Source of the DNA: Mobula hypostoma
Lineage: Eukaryota
Assembly: GCF_963921235.1 (NCBI RefSeq)
Contig: NC_086097.1
Coordinates: forward strand, 83,454,001 to 83,514,000
DNA: 60,000 nucleotides
Direction: 5' to 3'
This document shows, piece by piece, positions 1 through 12,697 of the stretch. The notes beneath the pieces are model-generated. The model was not told where the DNA came from. It was given only the letters and a program-made list of their open reading frames with translations, and did not search any database. Position numbers and translations under genes: made by a program. Every line of letters starts with the position of its first letter. Position 1 is the first letter of the stretch.

Positions 1-625
1 AGAGGGGCTCAGGCATGTATCGGGGCAGTCTTACGATGGTTGTGGGGGATTCAAAATGCAGGCAAATTGGGAAAGTCAAGTTGATTACGGATCCCAAGAG
101 AGGAATTTGTAGCACGCCAATGAAATGACTTTTAGAGCAGCAAATGCAATAGGGAAAAGGCAATTCTGGATTGGATGTTCCGTAATGAACCAGATTTTCT
201 TAGGAAGCTTAAGGTAAAGAAACCGTTAGGAGGCAGTGATCATAATGCGATAAAATTCACTCTGAGTTTGAGAAGGAGAAGTTAAAATCAGATGTATCAG
301 TATTACAGTGAAGTAAAGAGAACCTCAGACGCATGAGAAAGAAGCTGGCCAAAGTTGATTGGAATGGGACACGAGCAGGGATGACGGCAGTGCAGCAACG
401 GTTGGAGTTTCTGGGAGTCATTCGGAAGACATTGGATCACTTCATCCCAAAGAAGATGAGGCTTTCTAAAGGGAGGATGAGGCATCCATGGCTGACAAGG
501 GAAGTCAAAGTGGCTTTTAAAAGCCAATAGAACACAACTAAAAAAAAATAAGGATAGAAAAGATGAAATATGAAGGTAAGTTTGCCAATAATACAAAATA
601 GGATACAAACTTTTTCAGATATATA
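1..625 (+). mobile_element. CR1-clade LINE fragment (ORF2 endonuclease/linker region, frameshifted)
   Basis: Broken frames show VVGD and LGGSDHN motifs plus MRKKLAKVDW...HPWLTREVK; similar to the start of the CR1 copy at 41360-43700. Confidence 0.8.
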
Positions 626-1244
626 CGTTCAAGTTTATTGCCGACTGACTGTACATATATACAACCAAACAAAACAACGTTCCTTCAGACCACAGTGCAC
701 CCATAAAAGATATATCACACACAACACATAAAATAAAATAATATCACAAATAAGTTAATAAAATATAATGCAAAGTGCACGTGATAGTCAGCTCAGATAA
801 ACATTAAACAGTAAACAGCTTGCTGTCCCAGTAACAAGAGCCTCGGTTATGGCAGGGTATTTATAGTCTTACAGCCTGAAGGTTCAATAGGTTCGATAGG
901 TATATTTAATGTCAGAGGAATGTATACAATATACATCCCAAAATTCTTTTTCTTTGCAAGCATCCACGAAAACAGAGGAATACCCCAAAGAACGAGGAAC
1001 AGTGAAAATATTAGAGCCGCAAAGCTCCCCACAGCTCCCCCTCCCACGCACATGCAGTAGCAAGGCAATGACCCTTCCCCACAAGCAAAAACAGCATTGG
1101 CGCCCCCCCCCCACCAAGCACTCAGGCGTGCAGCAAAGCATCAATAAAGACACAGACTTGCAGTACCCCAAAGACTACTTGTTCACTCAGTAATTCGACA
1201 TGCCATGGGCTCTATCGAACCTATTGAACCCTTAGGCTGTAAGA

Positions 1245-1935
1245 GAAGATGGCCGTGCGACGCAGCACACGTGGCCTCTCCGAATTGATATCGTATTTGT
1301 GAAGTAGGATGCCATGCACAATCCTGATTTGATGGAGACAGCCGTGAGAAACACGGAGGAACATCTGGAGAAACTTCTGAAATGCCTGCTTCGCTGCTGC
1401 TGCTACTGTGCAAATCGAGAATCTCCAGAGGGGAAGGCCCCAAATCCTCGGCTTTGCCTATTGCCTGTTGCCAGGGCCGGGGTCGAAGCGCTCAACAGAG
1501 ATGGTGCTCGGTGCTTGGTGTCGGAGAGCTGGGCAAAGGCTCGAAGTTTTCCGACGGACTCGGAGTCGGACTGTGGTCGGGTGCTTCCAGGATGCTGCAT
1601 CGGCAAGTTTGTGGTGCTGGAAGCTCATGGTAGGAAGAGTTTTCTTCCTTCAACCATCTGCGTGAGATAATGGGACTTTCAAGAGACTTAGAAACTTTTT
1701 TTACCGTGCCCATGGTCTGTTCTTCTATCAAGTTATGGTATTGCTTGCACTGTTGTAACTATATGTTATAATTATGTGGTTTTTGTCAGCTTTTTTTAGT
1801 CTTGGTTTGTCTTGTGTTTCTGTGATATCATTCTGGAGGAACATTGTATCATTTCTTAATGCATGCATTACTAAATGACAATAAAAGAGGACTGTGTGTC
1901 CTCATAATCTAATCTAATCTAATCTAATCTAATCT
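1245..1935 (+). mobile_element. Non-autonomous retroposon (SINE-like) with (AATCT)n tail
   Basis: GC-rich 5' part, T-rich 3' part, AATAAA near 1880 and an (aatct)n tail at about 1906-1935. Confidence 0.5.
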
Positions 1936-2219
1936 CTCTCTCCCCAATAAGGGGAACAAGGTGTCCCCGTTTCACAGCAAGAGCGGAGACATAACAAACA
2001 CCTCGCTGATTTACAAGTCTGCTGCTGCGTCGCTTTTTCCAAACTCTCCGCCCAGAGGGTCGGCCCCAAGTCTCAGCTCTCTCGACACACAACCCCCGGC
2101 AGCTAACCCGCTGCTCCCAATGCTCCGTGTTCTCCCTCGACGCCTCAGTCAGGGGCACTGGCCTAGGATTAGCCCGTCTGCAGAGCCACGAAAGTCCGGC
2201 ACCCTGAAGGCACAATAGT

Positions 2220-3904
2220 AAGAGACAGAGGGTCCAGTGAGATGGAGGAACTGAGTGAAATACAAGTTAGTAGGGAAGTGGTGTTAGGTAAATTGAAGGG
2301 ATTGAAGGGATTGAAGGCAGATAAATCCCCAGGGCCAGATGGTCTGCATCCTAGAGTGCTTAAGGAAGTAGCCCAAGAAATAGTGGATGCATTAGTGATA
2401 ATTTTTCAAAACTCGTTAGATTCTGGACTAGTTCCTGAGGATTGGAGGGTGGCTAATGTAACCCCAATTTTTAAAAAGGAGGGAGAGAGAAACCGGGGAA
2501 TTATAGACCGGTATAGATCGGTGGTGGGGAAACTGCTGGAGTCAGTTATCAAGGATGTGATAACAGCACATTTGGAAAGCGGTGAAATGATCGGACAAAG
2601 TCAGCATGGATTTGTGAAAGGAAAATCATGTCTGACGCATCTCATAGAATTTTTTGAGGATGTAACTAGTAGAGTGGATAGGGGAGAACCAGTGGATGTG
2701 GTATATTTGGATTTTCAAAAGACTTTTGACGAGGTCCCACACAGGAGATTAGTGTGCAAACTTAAAGCACACGGTATTGGGGGTAAGGTATTGGTGTGGG
2801 TGGAGAATTGGTTAGCAGACAGGAAGCAAAGAGTGGGAATAAACGGGACCTTTTCAGAATAGCAGGCGGTGACTAGTGGGGTACCGCAAGGCTCAGTGCT
2901 GGGACCCCAGTTGTTTACAATATATATTAATGACTTGGATGAGGGAATTAAATGCAGCATCTCCAAGTTTGCGGATGACACGAAGCTGGGTGGCAGTGTT
3001 AGCAGTGAGGAGGATGCTAAGAGGATGCAGGGTGACTTGGATAGGTTGGGTCAGTGGGCAAATTCATGGCAGATGCAATTTAATGTGGATAAATGTGAAG
3101 TTATCCACTTTGGTGGCAAAAATAGGAAAACAGATTATTATCTGAATGGTGGCCGATTAGGAAAAGGGGAGGTGCAACGAGACCTGGGTGTCATTATACA
3201 CCAGTCATTGAAAGTGGGCATGCAGGTACAGCAGGCGGTGAAAAAGGCAAATGGTATGCTGGCATTTATAGCGAGAGGATTCGAGTACAGGAGCAGGGAG
3301 GTACTACTGCAGTTGTACAAGGCCTTGGTGAGACCACACCTGGAGTATTGTGTGCAGTTTTGGTCCCCTAATCTGAGGAAAGACTTCTTTGCCATAGAGG
3401 GAGTACAAAGAAGGTTCACCAGATTGATTCCTGGGATGGCAGGACTTTCATATGAAGAAAGACTGGATGAACTGGGCTTGTACTCGTTGGAATTTAGAAG
3501 ATTGAGGGGGGATCTGATTGAAACGTATAAGATCCTAAAGGGATTGGACAGGCTAGATGCAGGAAGATTGTTCCCGATGTTGGGGAAGTCCAGAACGAGG
3601 GTTCACAGTTTGAGGATAGAGGGGAAGCCTTTTAGGACCGAGATTAGGAAAAACTTCTTCACACAGAGAGTGGTGAATCTGTGGAATTCTCTGCCACAGG
3701 AAACAGTTGAGGCCAGTTCATTGGCTATATTTAAGAGGGAGTTAGATATGGCCCTTGTGGCTACGGGGGTCAGGGGGTATGGAGGGAAGGCTGGGACGGG
3801 GTTCTGAGTTGGATGATCAGCCATGATCATAATAAATGGCGGTGCAGGCTCGAAGGGCCGAATGGCCTACTCCTGCACCTATTTTCTATGTTTCTATGTT
3901 TCTA
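2220..3904 (+). mobile_element. Young 5'-truncated CR1-clade LINE (HER1-like), reverse transcriptase region and 3' UTR
   Basis: ORFs 2242-2862 and 2869-3807 are in one frame, separated by a TAG replacing Trp; motifs KSPGPDG, YLDFQK, GVPQGSVLGP, FADD; tail (tttctatg)n. Confidence 0.95.
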
Positions 3905-4109
3905 GTCTTCCAGGCTGCGTCCTTGGGGTATCAAAAAGCGGCCGGTGGTGAGACCCTGAGAGCGGGTCCCATTCCAAAGTCAGTATGCAACTCCAGGTCA
4001 GTGTCTTCAAAATAACCTTGAAAAGGAAAAAAAGAGATATCAAAGATAGAAATAGAGCTGTTTCCGAAGATGCAAGCAGAGGAGTCACCATTTAGCGCCA
4101 ACATGACTT

Positions 4110-5420
4110 TGCTCCGCCACTGTTACACAGTCTGGCAGTCCTAGTCCTGATGCTCCTGTACCTCTTTCCTGACAGTAGTAGGTCAAAGAGATTGTTGGAT
4201 GGGTGGTGGGAGTCCTCAATAACACCTCGGGCCCTTCTGTATACAGTGCTCCCAATAAATGTCGCAAAGAGGAAGGAAACCCAGTGATCCTCTCTGTGGC
4301 CTTTACTATCCTCTGTAGGGTCACATGGTCCAATGCCTTGCAGCTTCTATATCACAGAAGACAAGTTACTGATGAGGACAACCACTCTTGTATCATCGGC
4401 GAACTTGATGCAATTTGAGCTGGATTTGGCAGTGCAGTTGTAATTCAGCATCATAAATAGCAGAGGGCCAAGCACACAACCCACCAGAGCACCAGTGCCC
4501 AGTGTGCTGGAGCTTGAGATGTTGCTGCCAACTCGGACTGACTGGGCTCTTTCTGTCAAGAAGTCCAAGATTCAGTTACAGAGAGGGTATTGAGTCCCAA
4601 TGAGGACAGTTTACTCACCAGCCTTTGAGGGATGACTGTGTTAAATGTTGAGCTGAAGTCAATGAACAACACCCTCATGTATAAGACACTATTTTCTAGG
4701 TGGGACAGGACGGAGTGGAGGGCTGAGGTTATGACATCATCTTTGCACCAGTTTGAGCGGTAGGCGAACTGGAGAGAGCCCAATATATCCGGAAAATGGG
4801 ATTTTATATGGTCCAATAGCAGCCACTTCATGATTGTTGAGGTCAGTGCCACTGGGAGGTAATCGCTTAGGCCAGTTACCATCACTCTCTTAGGCACCAA
4901 TAATGCTGCTGCCTTGCAGCCTGCAGGAACAGTGAACTGTTGCAGAGAAATCCTAAAGATGTTGGTTAAGACCAGACCTCTATTAGCTGGGCCATAAAAT
5001 CCCTCAGCACACGACCAGGTATGTTGTCCGGAGCCGCAGCTTTGCGTGGGTTCACCCTAGCTAGGGTCCTCCTCACTGTGGCTGTGATCAGATACCATGC
5101 CTGTTCCAAAAGGGGGAGAGGGGGCTTTCCTCAATGTTACATCATTCATCACGTCAAATGGTGCAACGAAAGCATTCAGCCTATCCAGGAGGGACGCGTC
5201 GTTGTCGTTGACTCGCAATCTGTTGTGGTTTGTATACGTTGCCACATGCACCACATGTCCCTGGTGTCACAAAGGGTCTGTCAACTTTCTGCGAGTACTC
5301 ACACTTTGCCTTCCTGACGGCTCGGGAGAGCGCAGCTCTGCTGACCTCAGAGTTGTCCCGTCCACCGGTCTGAAGGCAACATCCCGATCCCTAAGCAGCC
5401 CACCAACCTCGGCGGGTCAC
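4110..5420 (-). mobile_element. Rex1/Babar-clade LINE fragment, degenerate
   Basis: YLPVALTSTIMK, LQFAYRSN, LFIDFSSTFNT, GCVLGPLLF, KFADDT in broken ORFs. Confidence 0.85.
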
Positions 5421-5423
5421 CAA

Positions 5424-5615
5424 GCAGCACACACAGAATGCTGGAGGAACTCAGCAGGCCAGGCAGAACTATAGAAAAAGGTACAGTCGACGTTTCAATG
5501 TTTTCAATGGTCCGAAACGTCGACTGTACTTTTTTCCATAGATGCTGCCTGACTTACTGAGTTCCTCCAGCATTTTGTGTGTGTTGCTCGGATTTCCAGC
5601 ATCTGCAGACTTTCT
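5424..5615. repeat. Inverted pair of Penelope-like terminal repeats
   Basis: Arms of about 73 bp (5424-5496 and 5514-5587) are near reverse complements; same unit as 30150-30290 and 44160-44291. Confidence 0.75.
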
Positions 5616-5689
5616 CTGGCTTCTCTGTGGGTCACCCATGATTTTTGGTTTGCTGTGGCAGCATAATGTTTAATCACGATAAATAAAAA

Positions 5690-6072
5690 GTAAACTGGAG
5701 GCAAGAGTGGGCATTGATCCCTGGAACATAATGCTGGAGAGGTAGTAAGGGGAACAAAGAAATGGCAGGTGAACCAAATATGTGAATGTGTGAAACTGAA
5801 TTTATCAGTCTTCACTGTGGAACACACCGGCAGTATGTCAGAAAGCCTGTGCGTGTCGGGGCAGAAGTGGGTGTAAACGTTGTTACTAAGGAGGAGCTGC
5901 TTGGCAAACTGAAAATTCTTAAGATAGGTAAGTACCTGCAGATGAACTACATTCCATGGTTCTGAAAGAGGTAGCTGAAGAGACTATGAAGGCATTAGCA
6001 GCGACTTTTCAAGAATAACTACATTGTGGAATGATGCCAGAGGACTGGAAATCACAGGTGTCACTCCACTCT
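5690..6072 (+). mobile_element. CR1 LINE fragment, degenerate
   Basis: Homologous to the GNKEMA...LHPxVLKEVA...PEDWK region of the other CR1 copies. Confidence 0.75.
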
Positions 6073-7178
6073 TGCATTTCTCACCACCGACTCAACCTGC
6101 AAGTTAACCTTTAGAGTGTTCTGCACAAGGACTCCCAAGCTCCTTTGCATCTCAGATTTTTGGATTTTCTCCTCATTTAGAAAATAGTCTGCACATTTAT
6201 ATCTGCTACCAAAGTGCATGACCATGCATTTTCCAACATTATATTTCATTTGCCACTTTCTTGCTCATTCTCCTGATTTGTCTAAGTCCTTCTGTATCCT
6301 TCCTGTTTCCTCAACACTACCTGCCCCTCCACCAATCTTCGTATCATCTGCAAACTTGGCAACAAAGCCATCTATTTCATCATCTAAATCATTTATATAC
6401 AGCAAAAAAAGAAGTGGTCCCAACACTGACACCTGCAGAACACCACTAGTCACCGGCAGCCAACCAGAAAAGAATACTTTTATTCCCACTCACTGCCTCC
6501 TACCAATCAGTCAATGCTCTAACCATCTTAGTAACTTTCCTGTAATACCACTGGCTCTTAACTTGGTAAGCAGCCTCATGTGAGGCACCTTGTCAAAGGC
6601 CTTCTGAAAGTCCAAGTATACAGCATCCCCTTTATCTATCCTACTTGTAATCTCCTCAAAGTATTCCAACAAGTTTGTCAGGCAGGATTTTCCCTGAAGG
6701 AAACCATGCTGGCTTTGTCCTATCTTGTCCTGTGTCACCAAGTTCTCCATCACCTCGTCCTTAACAATTGAGTCTAACATCTTCCCAACCACTGAGGACA
6801 GGCTACCTGGTCCATAACTTCCTTTCTGCTGCCTTCCTCCTTCCTTAAAGAGTGGAGTGACATTTGCAATTTTCCAGTCCTCTGGCACCATGCCAGAGTC
6901 CAGTGATTTTCGAAAGATCATTGCTAATGCCACCACAATCACCAATGCTACCTCTTTCAGAACCCAAGGGTGCAGTTCATCTGGTCTGAGTGACTTGTGT
7001 ACTTTTAGATCTTTCAGCTTTTTGAGCATCTTCTCCCCTGTAATAGTAACTGCACTTTCTTCTCTTCCTTCACACACTACAACATCAGGCATACTGCTAG
7101 TGTCTTCCACAGTGAAGACTGATGCAAAATTCTCACTTAGTTCATCTGCCATCTCCTTGTCCCCGTTACTATTTCTCC
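6073..7178 (-). mobile_element. CR1 LINE fragment (RT domain)
   Basis: ORFs 6511-7260, 6265-6489 and 6061-6249 carry PEDWKIANVTPLFK, YLDFQKAFDKVPH and FADDTKIGG. Confidence 0.92.
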
Positions 7179-7654
7179 AGAGGATTTTTCCTGTAATGCA
7201 TTGGGCTGTATTCCCCACCTTCTGTAGACTTTTTATATTCTTGAGCATTGGTATTTCCATTCCAGACCATGATACAATCAGTCAGGAAATGTACACAACA
7301 TCGATCTCCTCCTGATCACCTCCTTAGTTTGTGGCTGGATCAGGCTGTGTATGGATCCAAAGTTCATGGGCACCAAGATATACTACATCATGAGGGGTAT
7401 AGTTAGGGTTAATGCAGATGGACTTTTTCCACTGAGCTTTGGTGAAGCTAGAGCTAGAGGTCATAGGTGAATGGTGAAAGGTGAAATATTTAAGGGGAAC
7501 CTGAAGGGGAACTATTTCACCCAGATGGTGTCATGAGTGTGGAGCATGAACTAGTGGAAGTGGAGGAAGCAGTTTCAATTTCAATGTTTAAAAGAAGTTT
7601 GGATAAGTATGTGAAAGGGAGTAGTATGGAGGGCTGTGGTTCAGATGGGACCTT

Positions 7655-8535
7655 AGCCGTCCATACCCCTCCCTTCCATGTTGATGTAGACATGTTTGAA
7701 CACAAACCCATCAGGCAGTGGTCAGCAGGAAATGTACTACAGGCACTGCAAGACAGGGACACTATTAATTCTGTGGGTTTGTTCACTCGACAAAAGGGTC
7801 CAAACCACCTGGCAGAAAACTTCATCGCCAGATTTGACTGACAAGCATCAATGCCTCACTTTGCTGGTGGCAAGTGAGGCCCTCCCAATCAGAGCCTTCC
7901 TGTACAGATGACGTACCACCACCAATGTACACCACCCTCAGGATGGCTGTGATGAGGATGAGACAGTCACCCACCTCCCTGCAGACTGTGGATTTGCCAA
8001 GTGCGTGTTGTGCCCAATGCAAGTGTTGTGTCCCAGTTTATCCCAGCAACTGCATAACAGAGGATTCTAATTTATGGACTGTTCCTAGGTCACACACTGA
8101 GTCAGACATCTAGTACTGCTGGAAGGTCATCAACTCAATAAAAGATGCCCTTTAATCTGTCTGAAACTTGTTGGTCCTCCAGCACAGCAAGATATCTGAG
8201 GGAATGCAGCAGATTGGGACAGTTCAGGCTGCAGGAGTACATGCTGAGGGATGCACTGACACTTAGTGAACCAATGCTGAGGCTCTGAGGGAAAGGACCA
8301 CAGGCTAGGTTCCTTCCACACAGATGGCAGAGTTGGGCGGGAAGCCTCTCAAACAATAAAAAGGGTATCACCTCAGGAAGCCAGGTGAGTGACAATGGTG
8401 CAACCTTTATTTGTGATCTTTTTGCTACTACTGAATGTAATGATCTTGAATGTAAAAGTTTTTTTGCACATCTTTTTCCTTTATATATAATCTTTTTATT
8501 ATGAATAAATTAATTTTTGAAATTAAAAAAGAAAT
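7655..8535 (+). mobile_element. Tx1-like LINE 3' fragment, degenerate
   Basis: 8116-8270 reads CWKVINSIKDAL...NLLVLQ...RLQEYMLRDAL, resembling a Tx1 ORF2 C-terminus; AATAAA at about 8504 followed by an A-rich tail. Confidence 0.6.
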
Positions 8536-9199
8536 TAGCAACATCATAAGATTTACAACATTCAGCAAATCCCAGGTGTATTCTTTATCTTCTAAATGCC
8601 TTCCTTAAATTCCATTTCCAGTGACATCTGTATTTGAAATCAGTGCCCAATAACAATAATTCAGCCATACTTCCTAGTTGCATGCTTGCTTCAGCACAGA
8701 ACTCACCAACCCAGGAAACTGCACACCTGGCCAACTGCGACAGGCCTATTTATTATGTTTTGACATGTATTTGTTGACAAGAGCAAAGAACATGGGGTAA
8801 TTTTCTTGGGCCTCTTTCATTCATGCTCTTAGTCTACAAATTGCACCAGATGTTGTTTTAAACAGAAAGTGTCCTGTATGTTCTTAAATCTTGCTGTTGC
8901 TCATTTACCACATGTGACATGGCCAGTGTTTATTGTCCATTCCTAACTGGTTACTGAACTGTGATATGTATATTAGAGCGCAATTAAGAATCAAACATGT
9001 TGGTGTGTCTGGATGCACACATAGGTCAGACATGGTAAGGGTAGCAGATTTATTCCTTGAAAGATGCTGGTCAACCAGACAGCATGGCAATTGGATCATT
9101 TTACCTTCATCATCATTAATACTAGATTATTACACTTAATTTTATTTGATTACCTTCCTTAATTGCAATGGGTTTTGAATTCATGGCCCTAGGTTTGAG

Positions 9200-9530
9200 C
9201 AGCACAGTAGAGAAGTTAATGGAATGGCAGCTCACAGTGCCAAAGACCCGGCTTCCACCCTCACTGTGAGACCATATCAATTTCGAGTTTGCATCCCATG
9301 TGGGGTTCTTCCTGATGCTCCAGTTTGCTTCCACATCCCAAAGGCTGGTAGGTTAACTGACCAGTGTAAATTCCCCTTGCTGCATAGGTGAGTGGTAGAA
9401 AGGTGATGAGAACGTGGGGAGAATAAAAAATACCTGTGATGAATGTAAGATTCATTTTAATAGGCAGATGGTGATCAGTGAGGACTTGTTGGGCCAAAGG
9501 ACCTGTTTGCATGCCATAAGACAATATCAC
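9200..9530 (+). mobile_element. tRNA-derived SINE (HE1/V-SINE-like), degenerate
   Basis: tRNA-like head, gagtttgca...tgctccagtttgcttccacatcccaaag core, and CR1-like tail gggccaaaggacctgttt. Confidence 0.6.
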
Positions 9531-12500
9531 TGTGTGAAAATGCCATGCTTCTGGCTATTAGTTCAGGCCACTAACCCACATGGCGAGTATTGAACATTGT
9601 TGCTGGCAGAGAAAGGGAAACAGGACATTCAGCATGAAATTGTGCCATGGTTTTAAGAGAATAACACATTTGTAAATGTTAGAATCAGAATCAGTTTTAT
9701 TATCACCGGCATGTGATGTGAAATTTGTTAACTTAGCAGCAGCAGTTCAATACAATACATAATCTAGCAGAGAGGGAAAAAAATAAACAAGTAAATCAAT
9801 TATATATATTGAATGGGTTATTAAAAAATATGCAAAAACAGAAATACTGTATATTTAAAAAAGTGAGGTAGCGTCTGTTGTGTATGTGGCCTGTTTACAC
9901 AACTATGCTATTAATAAAAATGCGGGAGACAGGAGCTAAGTTTCATGGTTCTTTACTGGTGGAGTCCGAACTTTTACTCACACACATACAGATCCATACA
10001 TGCCTAATAGTGCATGCAATGACGTGTTACTACAACATAAAGTAGTCACTTATTATAAAGCTTCAGAGTCCATTCAGAAATCGGATGGCAGAGGGGAAGA
10101 AGCTGTTCCTGAATCGCTGAGCATGTGCCTTCAGGCTCCTGTATCTCCTACCTGATGGCAACAGTGAGAAAAGGGCATGCCCTGAGGTTATTTAAGCAAC
10201 GTTGAATTTCCTGTGTTACTGTGTTTGTAAGAATACTTTATAATGAGTGTTGCAACATAATTTTCTGATAATTTTATCATATTAATAATGCCTTGGAGGA
10301 GGTATTATCTCTGAAGCAGAAGATCTAGCATTTCTGCTAAAGGTTGGGTTGACTAGAACACACTGCTTTGACCAAAGAAGCATTGATCAATCATCACAGG
10401 AAAAAGAGCAGAACAGTTGTCTTTTCTTTTTGTGACCTTAAGGTCACCAAATCTAAAGGCCTTGCAGCATAGTGAGAGATGGTAAAGTAATTAATAATGG
10501 CAGTGCTTTTTCCAGAACCGGGCTAGAGTGCAAGAGAAAAAAAACCCTATTGGCCTCAAAAAAGGAGAAAGGTAGCCAACCCACATTTTATAATTAACTT
10601 TAGTGTGACAATATTTGGTAAACAAAATAAATAATCTCCAAAATGTGGATTTTCTCCTCCTTGTGCATTTCATCTCCATATCCACTAGAAGTCACAAGGT
10701 TTTTTCACAAGTTGACCCTCACTTTCTAATTTTGTACAAATCAAGCCCCCCATTGTCTTTGCCTAAACTTAATCATTATCTTTTTATTCCTTCGTCATTT
10801 ATAACTCGAACCCTTTTCAATTTACCACTAATCAATTGTCTATGTGAAATTTCATAATTATTGTTCATTAAAAGACATATGGTTTACCAGTCACAAAGAG
10901 TGACTGGATCTTGTGGGAGAGTAATTTTCATAATGTTACCTTGTTCTACCTAGTTGCAGTTCACTTCTAGGTGTTTACAGAATATCTAGCAGTTGATTTA
11001 GTTGTACTGAAACAGAATGGACTGTTCTGGTAGGGTAATTAGAGAAAACAAGAAACGGCTGCCTTTGCAATCTGCAGCTAGATCCAGAGAAGAAATAAAG
11101 GAAATGTGATATTTCAAGCATCTTTGAAATGAATTAGATGCAGTTTATCACAAGATCCTGATTTTTAAAAAGTTATCACCCTGAAAAGCCAAGTCTGTTT
11201 CTCTCTTCATAGCCACTGCCTGACCTGCGGAATATTCCTGGCATTTTCAAACTTTATTTCAAATTTTAAGCATATGGAGTCTTTAGTTTTTCAAGAACTG
11301 CACAAACCTATAGAGAAAAGGGAAAGGGAAAGGAATCCCTTGACAAATCCCTCTGCAGAAAATGATCCCTTTTGTATTCCTGATAATACCTGACAGGCCA
11401 ACCTTTATTCTGCTCAACTTCAGAATCTTTTCATCAATAGGACAAGAAAACATAGTGACAATAGAATGTTGCTGCTATAGAGATTTATTTTTATCCTCTC
11501 CTACCAGGTAACTCTGGAACTTCAAATTGGTCCTCCACGCTAAAACAAGTATCCTCCTTGCCCACATTAGATACAGAGTTTTCCTATCTGTGCAGTGAAG
11601 CATAATGATTTTCACTATTGGACTCTGCATAGCATGGATTCTACAAGACCAGTAAATTTAACGTACTACGTCTCAGTCAGGATTATTCTTAAAGCCTATT
11701 GAAGATAATCTCACTTTTGGCTGAAATGAACCCGAAAAATCTCCTTTGATACAAGTTCAACCATTGTTGTGCATCTATATATGTAAATAAGTCATGTGGG
11801 TATAAAGCGTAATGATGTCATCACAAATATCGCACATACACATGTTATTCTGTGTGACAAGAATAAAATACATAGTCCTGTTTATAAACTCCTGATGTTC
11901 AGGAGACATTATTGCACTTGGAACTTGTAAGTATTCCCAGCATAGGGCAAGTTTAAACCAAAATATACTACGATTAGCTGTAAGGATAATCAGGTGTTCT
12001 GTTATAGATCAGCACCAGTAGGAAAATGATCCAAAAAAAATTGTTGCTCCTCTAAGGGATTGCTTCTTCATTCCACTCCACTGCAGCACTCCAAAAAGCA
12101 ACCGCTGTTGCAAGGTGGAAGCAGCAGAAAAGGCGGAAAATGGCCATGAACTTTGATGCTTCTGTGCAGATGATCAGTGAGTTCAGAAAGTAGGGTCAGA
12201 GAGAGAACTGCAAGCAACAGCAGCTTTTTTTTCTGAAGCATTACAGCAGCTGCTCTTAAAGCTTCACTGAATGCTTTTAAAGTAAAATTCCAGTAGGAAA
12301 CGCATTGCAAGTCTGCACCATCGTGGAACTTGCTGGGTGTGAAGTAGAAGTTGACTATTATGATGCTATTTTGGAGGGATGAGAGAGAAAATGGCAGTTC
12401 AAACTGAAATATCTTTCACAGCCTGGGATAGATAACAAAGCTTTTAAATCATCTACATTCTATGTGGAGACCTATTCATGATCAGTAATATTACTTGAGG

Positions 12501-12697
12501 TGAAGTAGAGACATTGAGAGATGCAGTGGGGGAACAAAACAATTTAAAAGCAAGCAATCAGCTTCGAAGTATCTCATTCACTAGCAGTAGCTCAACAGAA
12601 AGCTAAGGATGGCCTATTGGCAGAGAGAGTTAATGAGAACTTCAACCACCTGAGATAGTGCACAGCCATAAATTTGACAAATGAAATGAGAGATGGG

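Larger units (their letters stand above)
880..4105 (-). mobile_element. Non-autonomous retroposon-like repeat in three pieces (about 880-1211, 1935-2218, 3903-4105), interrupted by two insertions
   Basis: Tandem tail-like end ggttcaatag-gttcgatag at 881-899; GC-rich non-coding body that appears to resume after each insert; no recognisable protein. Confidence 0.4.

Noticed and set aside
1183..2218. Many overlapping GC-rich ORFs
   Set aside because: They lie within non-autonomous repeats on both strands with no protein motifs, as expected from GC content alone.
9877..10060. Possible short solo LTR (tgttgtg...tacaaca); similar candidate near 11765-11900
   Set aside because: No convincing TSD or right boundary could be established.
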